DNA of 38,795 bases from a virus: the UHGV virus genome UHGV-0423091; one strand, given 5' to 3'. Below the pieces are notes generated by a model that was given only the letters and a program-made list of their open reading frames with translations, ran no database searches and was not told the DNA's origin. The stretch's first letter is position 1, and every line of letters starts with the position of its first letter. Positions 18,799 through 27,186 of the stretch are shown one piece after another. Both the position numbers and the translations under genes were made by a program.

Positions 18799-18835
18799 TT
18801 ATCGAAACGTAAAAAAATGCGCTATCGCGCTGGTA

Positions 18836-19636
18836 TTACTTGATAAATCCTGCCGCCTTTCCTCGCCTGTATTCCTCCATCAGCCACTGCGCCGGTGTTA
18901 TTCCCCCAAGGGTGGCGGCGTTAGGCATGCACCCGAAACTTCGCCCTGGTGGATGGTAAACGTCTCTCCCTGTGTCCGGAGGCGTACTCATGGGTTCTGG
19001 CTTTGCCTGTATGCTGATCACCGGATCGGGTATCTGCTGTCCGGAAGCCACCTTTTTCGCCCAATCATCGAGCAGCCTGCGCGCGTGTTTCTCAACCTCT
19101 ATCTCGCTAAGCTGGCGCTGATACATTGCACGGCGGGTATCACATACGACCCAGTACATAACCGGATGCCGCCACGGGAATCTTTCGGGACCACCAGGAT
19201 ATAAACTTTTTTCCTTGCTGTACCGGTGAAACTCCGTCATCACATCGTCAATGGTGACGCCAAGAACCATCTTGCTGTCTTTGCACCACTTGATGAATTG
19301 CCCTGGCGACGGCCAGAACGGAGAATCACTGGCGCGGGCGTGGCGCATACCAGCAGAAACCTGTTCACGGGTTCGGATCCCCCCTTCGGCAAACGCAGCA
19401 ATCCACTGCTGTTTTGCAGCAACTTCCTGCTCTGGCGTCTTCAGGTTGGTTACCACTGCCGCCGGAAACAGTTGTTTCAACTGTTTGAAAAGGGCATCAA
19501 CAAGCCTCTCTGCTGACATGTTCACTACGTTGTCATTGTTGACGTACTGATGCTCATAACCTGACATGCGAGAAAGGGCTTCTCCGTCACGGTTTTGTAT
19601 TGCGGTAAAAACGTTGTTCACAAGAAATCCTCCCAT
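18836..19636 (-). CDS. replication protein, lambda P-like (helicase loader), 266 aa
   Basis: Segment FPAAVVTNLKTPEQEVAAKQQWIAAFAEGGIRTREQVSAGMRHARASDSPFWPSPGQFIKWCK matches the conserved core of lambda P as I remember it. Confidence 0.7.
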   Translation of the reverse strand: MGGFLVNNVFTAIQNRDGEALSRMSGYEHQYVNNDNVVNMSAERLVDALFKQLKQLFPAAVVTNLKTPEQEVAAKQQWIAAFAEGGIRTREQVSAGMRHARASDSPFWPSPGQFIKWCKDSKMVLGVTIDDVMTEFHRYSKEKSLYPGGPERFPWRHPVMYWVVCDTRRAMYQRQLSEIEVEKHARRLLDDWAKKVASGQQIPDPVISIQAKPEPMSTPPDTGRDVYHPPGRSFGCMPNAATLGGITPAQWLMEEYRRGKAAGFIK

Positions 19637-20433
19637 GCTTCAGGGCTGTTCCAGTGCGGAACGTTGTTATCAGGTAATGTTGATTGCTTCTGTCTGCTAA
19701 TCTGCAGCCGCCTTGCCAGCTTCTGCTCCCACTGCGCCTGATGGTATGCCTTACCCTCAGCCATCCAGTAAATTCTGAACTCTGCAAGTTCCTGTGCCGT
19801 TGGCAGACTGTCCAGGTAGATCCCCTGCAATGAGCTTTTCCGAAGAAAGTCATCTGATGGTTGCCATTGTTCATGCATGACAAATTTGCCTAATTGCCCT
19901 GGCCCACCAGGAGGAACAAAGTTATTCATCACGGCGTTGTTTGCGCCGGGGTCATGAGGCACAGAATCCCCGCTTTTTGTCCTGCTCTCCCTCTCTTGGT
20001 TAAATGACTGGTTATATGACTGGTTCTGGATCCCGTTTTTGGGATCATTCAACATCCCGTTTTTGGGATCATTCAACATCCCGTTTTTGGGTATATTCCC
20101 GTTTTCGGTAACATTACCGTTTTCGGGTTCATTACCCCCTTCCCGGTTGCCTTTAATGTTCCCGTTTTTGGTTATATTAAGAGAGAAAACCCGCACTCTT
20201 TTCGTCGCTCCCTTTCTCTCTCCGGTATCTGAAATAAGCCCCATTTTCATGAGCGATATAAGCCCGGCCTGCACGGTTTTTTTATTCAGGCAAGTGTCTT
20301 TAACGAGGCGTTCTATGCTGGGGTAGCAGAGGTTATATTCATCGGCTCTGTCAGCCATCGAGAGCAGTATGAGCTTTAATGACGAGCTACCTGGATCTGT
20401 CTCCCAGGCCCAATCTGTTGCATGTCTGCTCAT
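19618..20433 (-). CDS. replication initiator, lambda O-like role, 271 aa
   Basis: Immediately upstream of the P-like gene; N-terminal HTH-like region; iteron array embedded in the coding sequence. Confidence 0.65.
   Translation of the reverse strand: MSRHATDWAWETDPGSSSLKLILLSMADRADEYNLCYPSIERLVKDTCLNKKTVQAGLISLMKMGLISDTGERKGATKRVRVFSLNITKNGNIKGNREGGNEPENGNVTENGNIPKNGMLNDPKNGMLNDPKNGIQNQSYNQSFNQERESRTKSGDSVPHDPGANNAVMNNFVPPGGPGQLGKFVMHEQWQPSDDFLRKSSLQGIYLDSLPTAQELAEFRIYWMAEGKAYHQAQWEQKLARRLQISRQKQSTLPDNNVPHWNSPEAWEDFL
20031..20177. repeat. iteron array (candidate origin of replication) inside the O-like gene
   Basis: Seven direct repeats with core TCCCGTTTT(T/C)GG: two identical 24-mers (20031-20054, 20055-20078), three 18-mers (20079-20132), a degenerate copy and a final copy at 20160-20177. 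Confidence 0.7.
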
Positions 20434-20448
20434 GATTAATCTCCGCTA

Positions 20449-20649
20449 TCAGCTTGAATGTTGTGGGGAGGAATTAATCATGATCTGCTTAATCTCTGCC
20501 CTGATACGACGGTTTGATTCCATGGTGCACTCAACACAGTGTCCGTTGTAAACCCAGCGTTCACTGTCATGTCCGTGCTTACATGTTTTTCCGGTGTAGT
20601 AGCGTTTAAGTCCGCGCTTTGCGGCATCAATACGTGTAATGATTTCCAT
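20449..20649 (-). CDS. small Cys/His-containing protein, 66 aa (CII-position gene, function unknown)
   Basis: Track ORF trimmed to ATG 20649; CKHGH...CVEC motif; sits between the Cro-like and O-like genes. Confidence 0.4.
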   Translation of the reverse strand: MEIITRIDAAKRGLKRYYTGKTCKHGHDSERWVYNGHCVECTMESNRRIRAEIKQIMINSSPQHSS

Positions 20650-20729
20650 GGTAAGCCCTGTTATTAGTATTGGGATTACGGTCATTTTGTGCTGACACAA
20701 AAAAAATATCAACCAGATTTGGTTTTTTA

Positions 20730-20744
20730 TTACCTTTGAGGTAC
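20730..20744. promoter_or_regulatory. operator-like site TTACC-tttga-GGTAc
   Basis: One-mismatch palindrome between the post-cro terminator and the 66-aa gene. Confidence 0.4.
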
Positions 20745-20754
20745 GAATAGATAT

Positions 20755-20777
20755 GAAAAGACCGCCGGGTGGCGGTC
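20755..20777 (-). terminator. intrinsic terminator just downstream of the Cro-like gene (tR1-like position)
   Basis: 7-bp stem GACCGCC/GGCGGTC with 4-nt loop followed by TTTT on the minus strand. Confidence 0.5.
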
Positions 20778-20799
20778 TACAGAGGGTTGTAGCTGGATA

Positions 20800-21030
20800 T
20801 CATGAGTAGAAGAAGTATGCCAGTTCTGCTTTTGAGCGCAGCCATTGTCTTGTTTTACAGGCTTTAAAAAGCCCATTCATCAATACTTTACCTGGCATTT
20901 TGCGCTTACCTGTTAAGTGAGTCTGGATATAGTGACTCGTCGTTCCGGCTTCCTGTGCGAAGGCTTCACGCTCATCCGGAGTAAGTGCAAGCCAGTGCTT
21001 TTTGAAATCGAAATGTCCGTTATCGCTCAT
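20800..21030 (-). CDS. Cro-like HTH regulator, 76 aa
   Basis: Divergent from the repressor gene across an operator-rich intergenic region; HTH-like segment FAQEAGTTSHYIQTHLTGKR. Confidence 0.5.
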   Translation of the reverse strand: MSDNGHFDFKKHWLALTPDEREAFAQEAGTTSHYIQTHLTGKRKMPGKVLMNGLFKACKTRQWLRSKAELAYFFYS

Positions 21031-21066
21031 AGCTATTGCCTGATATTTATTTCAGATAATAAATAT

Positions 21067-21129
21067 TCACCCATAAGGTAACAAAAATCAAGGATAGTTA
21101 CCTATGAGGTGCATTTACCTGTTGGGTAA
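21067..21129. promoter_or_regulatory. tripartite operator cluster with divergent promoters between the Cro-like and repressor genes
   Basis: Three palindrome copies: 21067-21081 TcACC-cataa-GGTAA, 21098-21112 TTACC-tatga-GGTgc, 21115-21129 TTACC-tgttg-GGTAA. Confidence 0.6.
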
Positions 21130-21184
21130 TATTGCTTTAAATTGAATCATCTACTGATTCATATATGAGGCGATTTTCCAGAAA

Positions 21185-21769
21185 ATGAAAAGTATCCAGG
21201 ACGTCCGCAGGCAAAATCTCAACGACTTGATCGACCGTGAATTCAATGGTGTTCAGACGCGGATGGCAGAAAAACTTGGAACTCAGGCAAATCTGGTAAA
21301 CCGCTGGGCTCTTGGCAAGAAGGTTATCGGCGACCAGGTTGCACGAAAAATTGAAGCTGCCGCCAATAAACCCCGTAACTGGCTTGATATTGATCGCTCG
21401 CTTTCTCAGGAGGGTTTTCAGCCTGTCGGCCCGAGCGATATAGGTCAGCTGGCGGCTCACAACCTGGAACGCTGGATGAGCGAAAGCCGCGACCTTTCAA
21501 CGCAGGGAAAACTACACCGCGCATCCGGCGTCGCCCAGGTGACAATCAGCCGCCTGTTAAACAATGAGGTCAGCGTTTCCATTTCCACCCTGGAGAATGT
21601 TGCATCCGCATTCGGGCGTCACGGCTATGAATTACTGATTCACCCGCACGACCCTGCGACCATCAACTATGATCGCTCGCGCTACGCATTGTTACCCGAA
21701 ACCGAGAAAGCAAAGATCGAAAGTTACATTGAATTTGTCATCAACCAGAACGAAAAAAACAAACAATAA
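21185..21769 (+). CDS. phage repressor (CI role), 194 aa, two HTH-like segments, no S24 peptidase domain
   Basis: Divergent from the Cro-like gene; HTH-like segments near residues 25-45 and 110-135; no Ala-Gly/Ser-Lys autocleavage module; no SD (leaderless-like start). Confidence 0.65.
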   Translation: MKSIQDVRRQNLNDLIDREFNGVQTRMAEKLGTQANLVNRWALGKKVIGDQVARKIEAAANKPRNWLDIDRSLSQEGFQPVGPSDIGQLAAHNLERWMSESRDLSTQGKLHRASGVAQVTISRLLNNEVSVSISTLENVASAFGRHGYELLIHPHDPATINYDRSRYALLPETEKAKIESYIEFVINQNEKNKQ

Positions 21770-21790
21770 AATCATATTTTTCAGTAAGTA

Positions 21791-21816
21791 AGCCGCCAGA
21801 AGGCGGCTTTTTTATT
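21791..21816 (+). terminator. rho-independent terminator after the repressor gene
   Basis: AGCCGCC-AGAA-GGCGGCT followed by TTTTTTATT. Confidence 0.75.
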
Positions 21817-21826
21817 GCCTATTCGA

Positions 21827-21903
21827 TTACCTAATGGGTAATTTTTTTAACTCATATCTATTGACATCAAACCAGATACGCATAATTATTACCTCAACGG
21901 TAA
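21827..21903. promoter_or_regulatory. second operator pair with sigma70-like promoter (TTGACA at 21861-21866) for the plus-strand recombination operon
   Basis: Perfect palindromes at 21827-21841 (TTACC-taatg-GGTAA) and 21889-21903 (TTACC-tcaac-GGTAA), the latter over the -10/start region. Confidence 0.55.
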
Positions 21904-21922
21904 CAGACCGAGGTAACAAGTT

Positions 21923-22075
21923 ATGCAGTGGAAAATCATCAACGGTTGGTACTGCGTTACTGCATGCGGATTCATGAGCTGGAAGTTCCGCACCTTACAG
22001 GAAGGCATTAAGTGGGCTTTCGTCAGCAAAGAAGCTCGCGATGTGGCCAACGATAACGAGATATGGGAGGGCTGA
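21923..22075 (+). CDS. small ORF, 50 aa, Cys/Trp-containing
   Basis: ATG 21923 with AGGT 6 nt upstream; below the 60-aa track cutoff; first ORF after the promoter. Confidence 0.3.
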   Translation: MQWKIINGWYCVTACGFMSWKFRTLQEGIKWAFVSKEARDVANDNEIWEG

Positions 22076-22077
22076 TA

Positions 22078-22377
22078 ATGAACGTTAATCAGCAGAAAAA
22101 TCTTCAAAAAATCATGCTGGCATTCGACAAGGACTACCGCCTGTCAGAACAGCTATATGACCGACAAGTTGAACTGATTGAGAGTATCCGGCTTCATCAA
22201 CTGGCATCAACTTTCGACGTTGTAACAGTTAAAGGCGTTCGCCAGGAAGTACTGGAGGCCGCTAAAGACAGCCCTGAGTTCGAAGAACTAATGGATGCCT
22301 ACCGGCGCGAGGCAATGGCAATTATCGCCCGCTGGGATCTGGCTGATCAGATTGATGGGCAGAGGGACGCGGCATGA
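22078..22377 (+). CDS. hypothetical early protein, 99 aa
   Basis: Track ORF 22063..22377 trimmed to ATG 22078 with GGGAGGG SD. Confidence 0.5.
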   Translation: MNVNQQKNLQKIMLAFDKDYRLSEQLYDRQVELIESIRLHQLASTFDVVTVKGVRQEVLEAAKDSPEFEELMDAYRREAMAIIARWDLADQIDGQRDAA

Positions 22378-23195
22378 ATCCGGGAATTTATTTCGATATC
22401 AGCAACGAGGACTACCACGCCGGTGACGGCGTGAGTAAGTCGCAGCTAGATATGGTGGCTAAGAACCCTGCCCTTCTGAAATGGGTGAAGGCTGCTCCGG
22501 AAGACGAAGAGAAGAAGTCTGCACTGGACATGGGTACTGCTCTGCACTGTCTGCTTCTGGAACCTGGAGAGTTTGACAAACGCTTCATCGTTTCACCGAA
22601 ATTCGATCGTCGGACAAAACAAGGTAAAGCTGACGAAGAGGCATTTATTCGTGATGTAGCGGATATGGGGATTTCGGTACTTGATGCAGAGCAGTGGCGA
22701 AAACTGGAGCTGATGCGTGATAGCGCAATGGCTCACCCGGCGGCACGCTGGATGTTGGAAGCACCTGGTTACTGCGAAGCATCAATGTACTGGAACGATG
22801 AAGATACGGGTGAGTTGTGCCGAATTCGTCCAGACAAATGGCTGAACGAGCACAACGTGATCGTCGACGTGAAAAAGGTTGCAGATATGGACCGTTTTGC
22901 ACGCCACATCGAGGAGTTCCGCTACCACGTGCAGGACGCAATGTACCGCGAAGGCGCAATGAGGGTTACTGGTCAGCCACATGGTTTTTTCTTTCTTGCC
23001 GTGAGCGAAAGCATTGATTGTGGTCGGTATCCGGTACGCGTGTTCGAGCTGGATGCGCCGGATGTCGATGCCGGGCACGCTCTGTTCCGCCGGGATCTGA
23101 ATACCTATCACGAATGCCGCATCAACGATGAGTGGGGCGGAGTGGAAATTATTAAACGCCCTGACTGGGCACGTAAACAGGATATGTACGTATGA
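22374..23195 (+). CDS. PD-(D/E)XK-type exonuclease (YqaJ/RecE-like recombination exonuclease), 273 aa
   Basis: Coupled to the downstream annealing-protein gene; IVDVKK-type nuclease motif. Confidence 0.6.
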   Translation: MNPGIYFDISNEDYHAGDGVSKSQLDMVAKNPALLKWVKAAPEDEEKKSALDMGTALHCLLLEPGEFDKRFIVSPKFDRRTKQGKADEEAFIRDVADMGISVLDAEQWRKLELMRDSAMAHPAARWMLEAPGYCEASMYWNDEDTGELCRIRPDKWLNEHNVIVDVKKVADMDRFARHIEEFRYHVQDAMYREGAMRVTGQPHGFFFLAVSESIDCGRYPVRVFELDAPDVDAGHALFRRDLNTYHECRINDEWGGVEIIKRPDWARKQDMYV

Positions 23196-24073
23196 GCAAT
23201 GATATCGCAATCACATCACAACCAGGCGCAACTGTAGGTACTGCTGCGGCAATCTTCAGCCCGGAGGGCATGAATCAACTGGTGCGTTTCGCGGAGTTGA
23301 TGTCACAAAGCAAAGCGACTGTACCGAAACATCTTGAAGGCAAACCTGCCGATTGTCTGGCGGTGACCATGCAGGCGGCACAGTGGGGAATGAATCCTTT
23401 CGCCGTGGCGCAGAAAACGCATGTGGTAAACGGAACGTTAGGCTACGAAGCACAGTTGGTAAACGCGGTCGTATCCTCTTCCAGCCTGCTAGCGACACGC
23501 CTGAATTATCGCTGGAGCGGTGACTGGTCGAATGTTAACGGCAAAACAGATAAATCACCGAATCTGACGGTAACTGTGTCAGCAGTTCTTAAAGGAGAAG
23601 CAGAACCCCGTGAGCTTACCATCAGTATGGCGCAAGCCGGAGTGCGTAACTCTCCATTGTGGGAACAGGATCCGCGCCAGCAGCTTGCCTATCTTTGCAC
23701 GAAACGATGGGCTCGCCTGCACGCTCCTGATGTACTTCTCGGTGTTTACACCCCTGACGAATTACAGGAAACGGCACCGCGCGTTGAGCGAGACATTACT
23801 CCGCAAACGACCACTGCTGCGGGAATGAACAGTCTGATCAACGCTAAACCAGCGAAAAAGCCTGATGAGCAAACGCGTAAAGCGGATAGCCGTGATCCAG
23901 AAGAAATGCTGATGGCCTTTACCAGCGCAGCGATGAATTACAGCACTGTCTCCGAACTGGATAAGGCTTACAAATACATTGCACAAAAACTTTCAGATGA
24001 TGACGAACTGCTGGCAAAAGCCACCGACGTTTACAGCGTTCGTCGGGAAGAATTAAACGAAACATCTATGTAA
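23192..24073 (+). CDS. single-strand annealing protein, Red-beta (Bet) family, 293 aa
   Basis: Segments GMNPFAVAQ and ERDITP parallel lambda Beta as I remember it; paired with the exonuclease. Confidence 0.7.
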   Translation: MSNDIAITSQPGATVGTAAAIFSPEGMNQLVRFAELMSQSKATVPKHLEGKPADCLAVTMQAAQWGMNPFAVAQKTHVVNGTLGYEAQLVNAVVSSSSLLATRLNYRWSGDWSNVNGKTDKSPNLTVTVSAVLKGEAEPRELTISMAQAGVRNSPLWEQDPRQQLAYLCTKRWARLHAPDVLLGVYTPDELQETAPRVERDITPQTTTAAGMNSLINAKPAKKPDEQTRKADSRDPEEMLMAFTSAAMNYSTVSELDKAYKYIAQKLSDDDELLAKATDVYSVRREELNETSM

Positions 24074-24122
24074 CCACCACCGCGGCGCCACGCGCGCCGC
24101 ACTGCAACCAAGAGAGGTATTT

Positions 24123-24371
24123 ATGAAAGGTGCATTAGGTAAGAAGGAACTCCTGGCGGTGGTGCCACTGTCATGGAGCACTATCGACCGTATGGAGCGC
24201 GCAGGGGAATTTCCTAAACGCTGGTATATCACCGATAAACGCTGCGCATGGAACCGTGATGAAGTTGAGCGTTGGCTTGATGAACGTCAGGCAGCAAGCC
24301 CGGCAGAGTTCCAGGGTAAAAAACCTCCTGTTCAGCAACGTGTATATCGTCCCGTGAGCAACGCGGCATGA
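24123..24371 (+). CDS. AlpA-family HTH protein (excisionase/regulator), 82 aa
   Basis: Small basic protein with the MERAGEFPKRWYI...W...EVERW pattern typical of AlpA/Vis-type proteins; about 1.2 kb from the integrase. Confidence 0.65.
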   Translation: MKGALGKKELLAVVPLSWSTIDRMERAGEFPKRWYITDKRCAWNRDEVERWLDERQAASPAEFQGKKPPVQQRVYRPVSNAA

Positions 24372-24480
24372 GTGTGCTGCTAAGGCACTGGAGCAAATGG
24401 TCAGGATGGTACTTATTCCTGGCCTCTGTTTCTGCATGGCTTTATCTGCTGGCATTAATTTTCAGAGAGGGTTGGATTAA

Positions 24481-24780
24481 GTGAGAAAGTTAAGCCGACT
24501 TGAAAAATATCACATGAACAAGGTTTCAATGCGCAGCCCTTCAAAGGTTGTTGCCGTTACTCCTGCGGCGATAGAGATCGAAAAACGCGCGATTGAAAGA
24601 GAGAAAAAAGGGCAGTTCCGCATTGCCGCCCACCTTTGGCTTCAGTGTATGGATGTTGCTTCTGGTGATGTTGAGCGTGCAAGGATCGCGGTTCGCAGGG
24701 ACCAATGTATCACAAAAGGTAACGGCCTTCGCCGTGGCGACTATAGCGGCATAGGATGTTGCGGGGTGGTTTATGACTAA
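24481..24780 (+). CDS. small putative regulatory protein, 99 aa
   Basis: Track ORF (GTG start) immediately upstream of and overlapping the methyltransferase start. Confidence 0.45.
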   Translation: MRKLSRLEKYHMNKVSMRSPSKVVAVTPAAIEIEKRAIEREKKGQFRIAAHLWLQCMDVASGDVERARIAVRRDQCITKGNGLRRGDYSGIGCCGVVYD

Positions 24781-25423
24781 GAAATACACACTAATCTATG
24801 CAGATCCACCCTGGGTATACCGGGACAAAGCCGCAGATGGTAATCGCGGTGCCGGTTTTAAATATCCGGTTATGAGTGTGCTGGATATCTGCCGCCTTCC
24901 TGTGTGGGATTTGGCCGATGAAAACTGTCTGTTGGCCATGTGGTGGGTGCCAACACAACCACTCGAAGCACTAAAAGTTGTTGAAGCCTGGGGATTCCGT
25001 CTGATGACCATGAAGGGCTTCACGTGGATAAAATGTGGTAGTCGACAACCAGATAAACTGGTTATGGGTATGGGACACATGACTCGCGCCAATAGTGAAG
25101 ATTGCCTGTTTGCAGTAAAGGGAAAACTACCTCCGCGCATTAATGCAGGGATCGTTCAGTCATTTACCGCACCGCGGCTTGAGCATTCAAGAAAACCAGA
25201 TGTCGTTCGTGAAAAACTTGTGCAATTGTTAGGCGATGTTTCTCGCATTGAACTGTTCGCCCGCCAGTCGTCTCATGGCTTCGATGTTTGGGGTAATCAG
25301 TGCGAAGACCCGGCAGTGCAACTACACCCTGGATACGCATTGGATATTGCCAGATTAACAAATGCATTCAGCAATGCTCCGCTGTCACCAACAGACAACC
25401 AGGGGCGGGAGCGTGCAGCATGA
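24773..25423 (+). CDS. DNA N6-adenine methyltransferase, MT-A70-like (DPPW motif), 216 aa, orphan
   Basis: IYADPPW catalytic motif near the N-terminus; no adjacent restriction endonuclease gene. Confidence 0.8.
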   Translation: MTKKYTLIYADPPWVYRDKAADGNRGAGFKYPVMSVLDICRLPVWDLADENCLLAMWWVPTQPLEALKVVEAWGFRLMTMKGFTWIKCGSRQPDKLVMGMGHMTRANSEDCLFAVKGKLPPRINAGIVQSFTAPRLEHSRKPDVVREKLVQLLGDVSRIELFARQSSHGFDVWGNQCEDPAVQLHPGYALDIARLTNAFSNAPLSPTDNQGRERAA

Positions 25424-25614
25424 ACAGGGCATCACCAGCAGATTTAAGGAAATGCCTTGAAACTGCAAACATGCTTGCACACAGCGGGATCAGGTTTGTT
25501 CCAGTTCCCGCTGTCACTGATGCTGAATTTGCAACGCTGTCAGCAATATTCGCAGACAAAATTGAATCACTGGCAGCAGAAGCCGAGATGGAAGAAAATC
25601 AGCAGAATAATTAA
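25420..25614 (+). CDS. hypothetical protein, 64 aa
   Basis: ATG 25420 overlaps the methyltransferase stop (ATGA); acidic C-terminus. Confidence 0.4.
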   Translation: MNRASPADLRKCLETANMLAHSGIRFVPVPAVTDAEFATLSAIFADKIESLAAEAEMEENQQNN

Positions 25615-25617
25615 ACG

Positions 25618-26868
25618 TTATTCCCCCGCCATCCACTTCTCAAACTTCGACGGGGAGAACGGAATCAGATCCGTATGCTCCCCGTTAATCCAGGAATCAA
25701 TCATATCGGCCCACTGCTGCAACATGTAGGCGCGCTGTCTGGCGTATTCCGCTTTGTTATATACGGCGCGCACACCTTTCTGCTCATGTGCCAGAGCCTT
25801 TTCAATCCAGTCTGAAGGATAACCAGCCTCATGCAACAACGTACTGGCTGTACGGCGCATATCGTGTACGGTGAAGTCCTGAATATGCTCACCATCTTCA
25901 TTTATTATTTTCACCGTTCTGTCGATCAGAGAGTTCAGCGCGGCATTAGATAATGGCTTCCGGAAATTGTAACGACCAGGAACCAGATATTCACTTCCAC
26001 CAGCGCACATCTGCAACCCGACCAATATATCCTGTGCCTGTTTAGGCAGGTAAATAACGTGCGCCCGGCTTCCCTTCATACGGTCTGAAGGAATTGTCCA
26101 TGTCCATTTTTTAAAATCTATTTCATCCCACGTTGCATTGGTGAATTCGCCTTTACGAACCATAGTGATAAGCACCAGCTTTAAAGCCATTTTCATAGTG
26201 CCCATAGCGCCAATGGCATCCAACGTGCGGAAGAACAGGCCAATTTCTTCTGGTGTCAGTGTTCGCTCTCGTGGTTTAAATATGGCGATAGACGAAGGTT
26301 TAATGTCAGCCGCAGGATTAAACAAACCATGACCACGGTCATTGGCGTGACGGTATACGCTGCTGATGATCTCCCGGGCCTGCACTGCTGTTGCCCGGCC
26401 ACCGCGTTCGACAATCCGGTCACACAAATCACGAACCATCGATGTGGTAATTTCAGCCATCATTTTGTTGCCAAGAACCGGAAGTATGTCACGGTCGATC
26501 ACCGCCTGCTTCATTGCGCGGGTACTTTCAGCCAGGATGACGTGTTTCATATAACTGTCGGTATGTACCGCAAATGTCTCGGCACCACGAATCTTTTTGA
26601 TACCGTCACGTTTAGCCGCAGCCGGCGACTGGCCTGCTTTAAGCAGCTTCTTTGCAGCAATCAGTTCTTCCCGCGCTTCTGCCAGGCTGATACCGTCACG
26701 CCCATACTGCCCGATTACCAGTGTTTCGCGGCGACCGTTGATACGGTAGTCATAGCGAAACGAGACCGTACCTGACGTAAGCACAGCTACATACAGCCCG
26801 TCACGATCGGAAACTTTGTACAGTTTGTCCTGTGGCTTGAGGTTCTTTAATTTTGTATCGGTAAGCAC
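25618..26868 (-). CDS. tyrosine integrase, P4-type, 416 aa
   Basis: Size; N-terminal MLTDTKLKNLKP-type arm-binding region; C-terminal HDMRRT...LAHE...Y catalytic region. Confidence 0.85.
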   Translation of the reverse strand: MLTDTKLKNLKPQDKLYKVSDRDGLYVAVLTSGTVSFRYDYRINGRRETLVIGQYGRDGISLAEAREELIAAKKLLKAGQSPAAAKRDGIKKIRGAETFAVHTDSYMKHVILAESTRAMKQAVIDRDILPVLGNKMMAEITTSMVRDLCDRIVERGGRATAVQAREIISSVYRHANDRGHGLFNPAADIKPSSIAIFKPRERTLTPEEIGLFFRTLDAIGAMGTMKMALKLVLITMVRKGEFTNATWDEIDFKKWTWTIPSDRMKGSRAHVIYLPKQAQDILVGLQMCAGGSEYLVPGRYNFRKPLSNAALNSLIDRTVKIINEDGEHIQDFTVHDMRRTASTLLHEAGYPSDWIEKALAHEQKGVRAVYNKAEYARQRAYMLQQWADMIDSWINGEHTDLIPFSPSKFEKWMAGE

Positions 26869-27186
26869 AATTCACCCGTATAGAAACCATTTTCATGACG
26901 GTATGAGAGTATACCTTTAAGGTAATACCGTCACCTGTACCGCCGAAAAATATGGTGTAGAGTGAATAGAAATGAATACATAAAAACAAAAAACCCTCTG
27001 TAAAAACAGAGGGTTAAATTAGTATCTGAATAGGAATGAGTTGCTATGAGTTAGCTGTTAATCATTCCCACTCAATTATTTACGGATACAATAACCAATT
27101 GAGTGATAACATTTTTCCAAATCTCAATTTTTACCGTACCGTTTTATATACCGTCACCGGAAATCAGTACCATGAAAAATGCCATG
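26869..27186. other. candidate attP / integrase control region
   Basis: Non-coding 318 bp immediately upstream of the integrase; 11-bp direct repeat ATACCGTCACC at 26925-26935 and 27148-27158; nested palindrome GACGGTAT...ATACC-tttaa-GGTAA-TACCGTC; TACCG repeats at 27132-27141. Confidence 0.3.
26981..27013 (-). terminator. rho-independent terminator ending the tailspike-lysis operon
   Basis: CCCTCTG-6 nt-CAGAGGG followed on the minus strand by TTTTTTGTTTTT. Confidence 0.7.

Noticed and set aside
20031-20177. Direct-repeat array considered as a possible CRISPR array
   Set aside because: Units are 18-24 bp and directly abutting with no unique spacers, they lie inside a replication-initiator ORF, and there are no cas genes; iterons fit better
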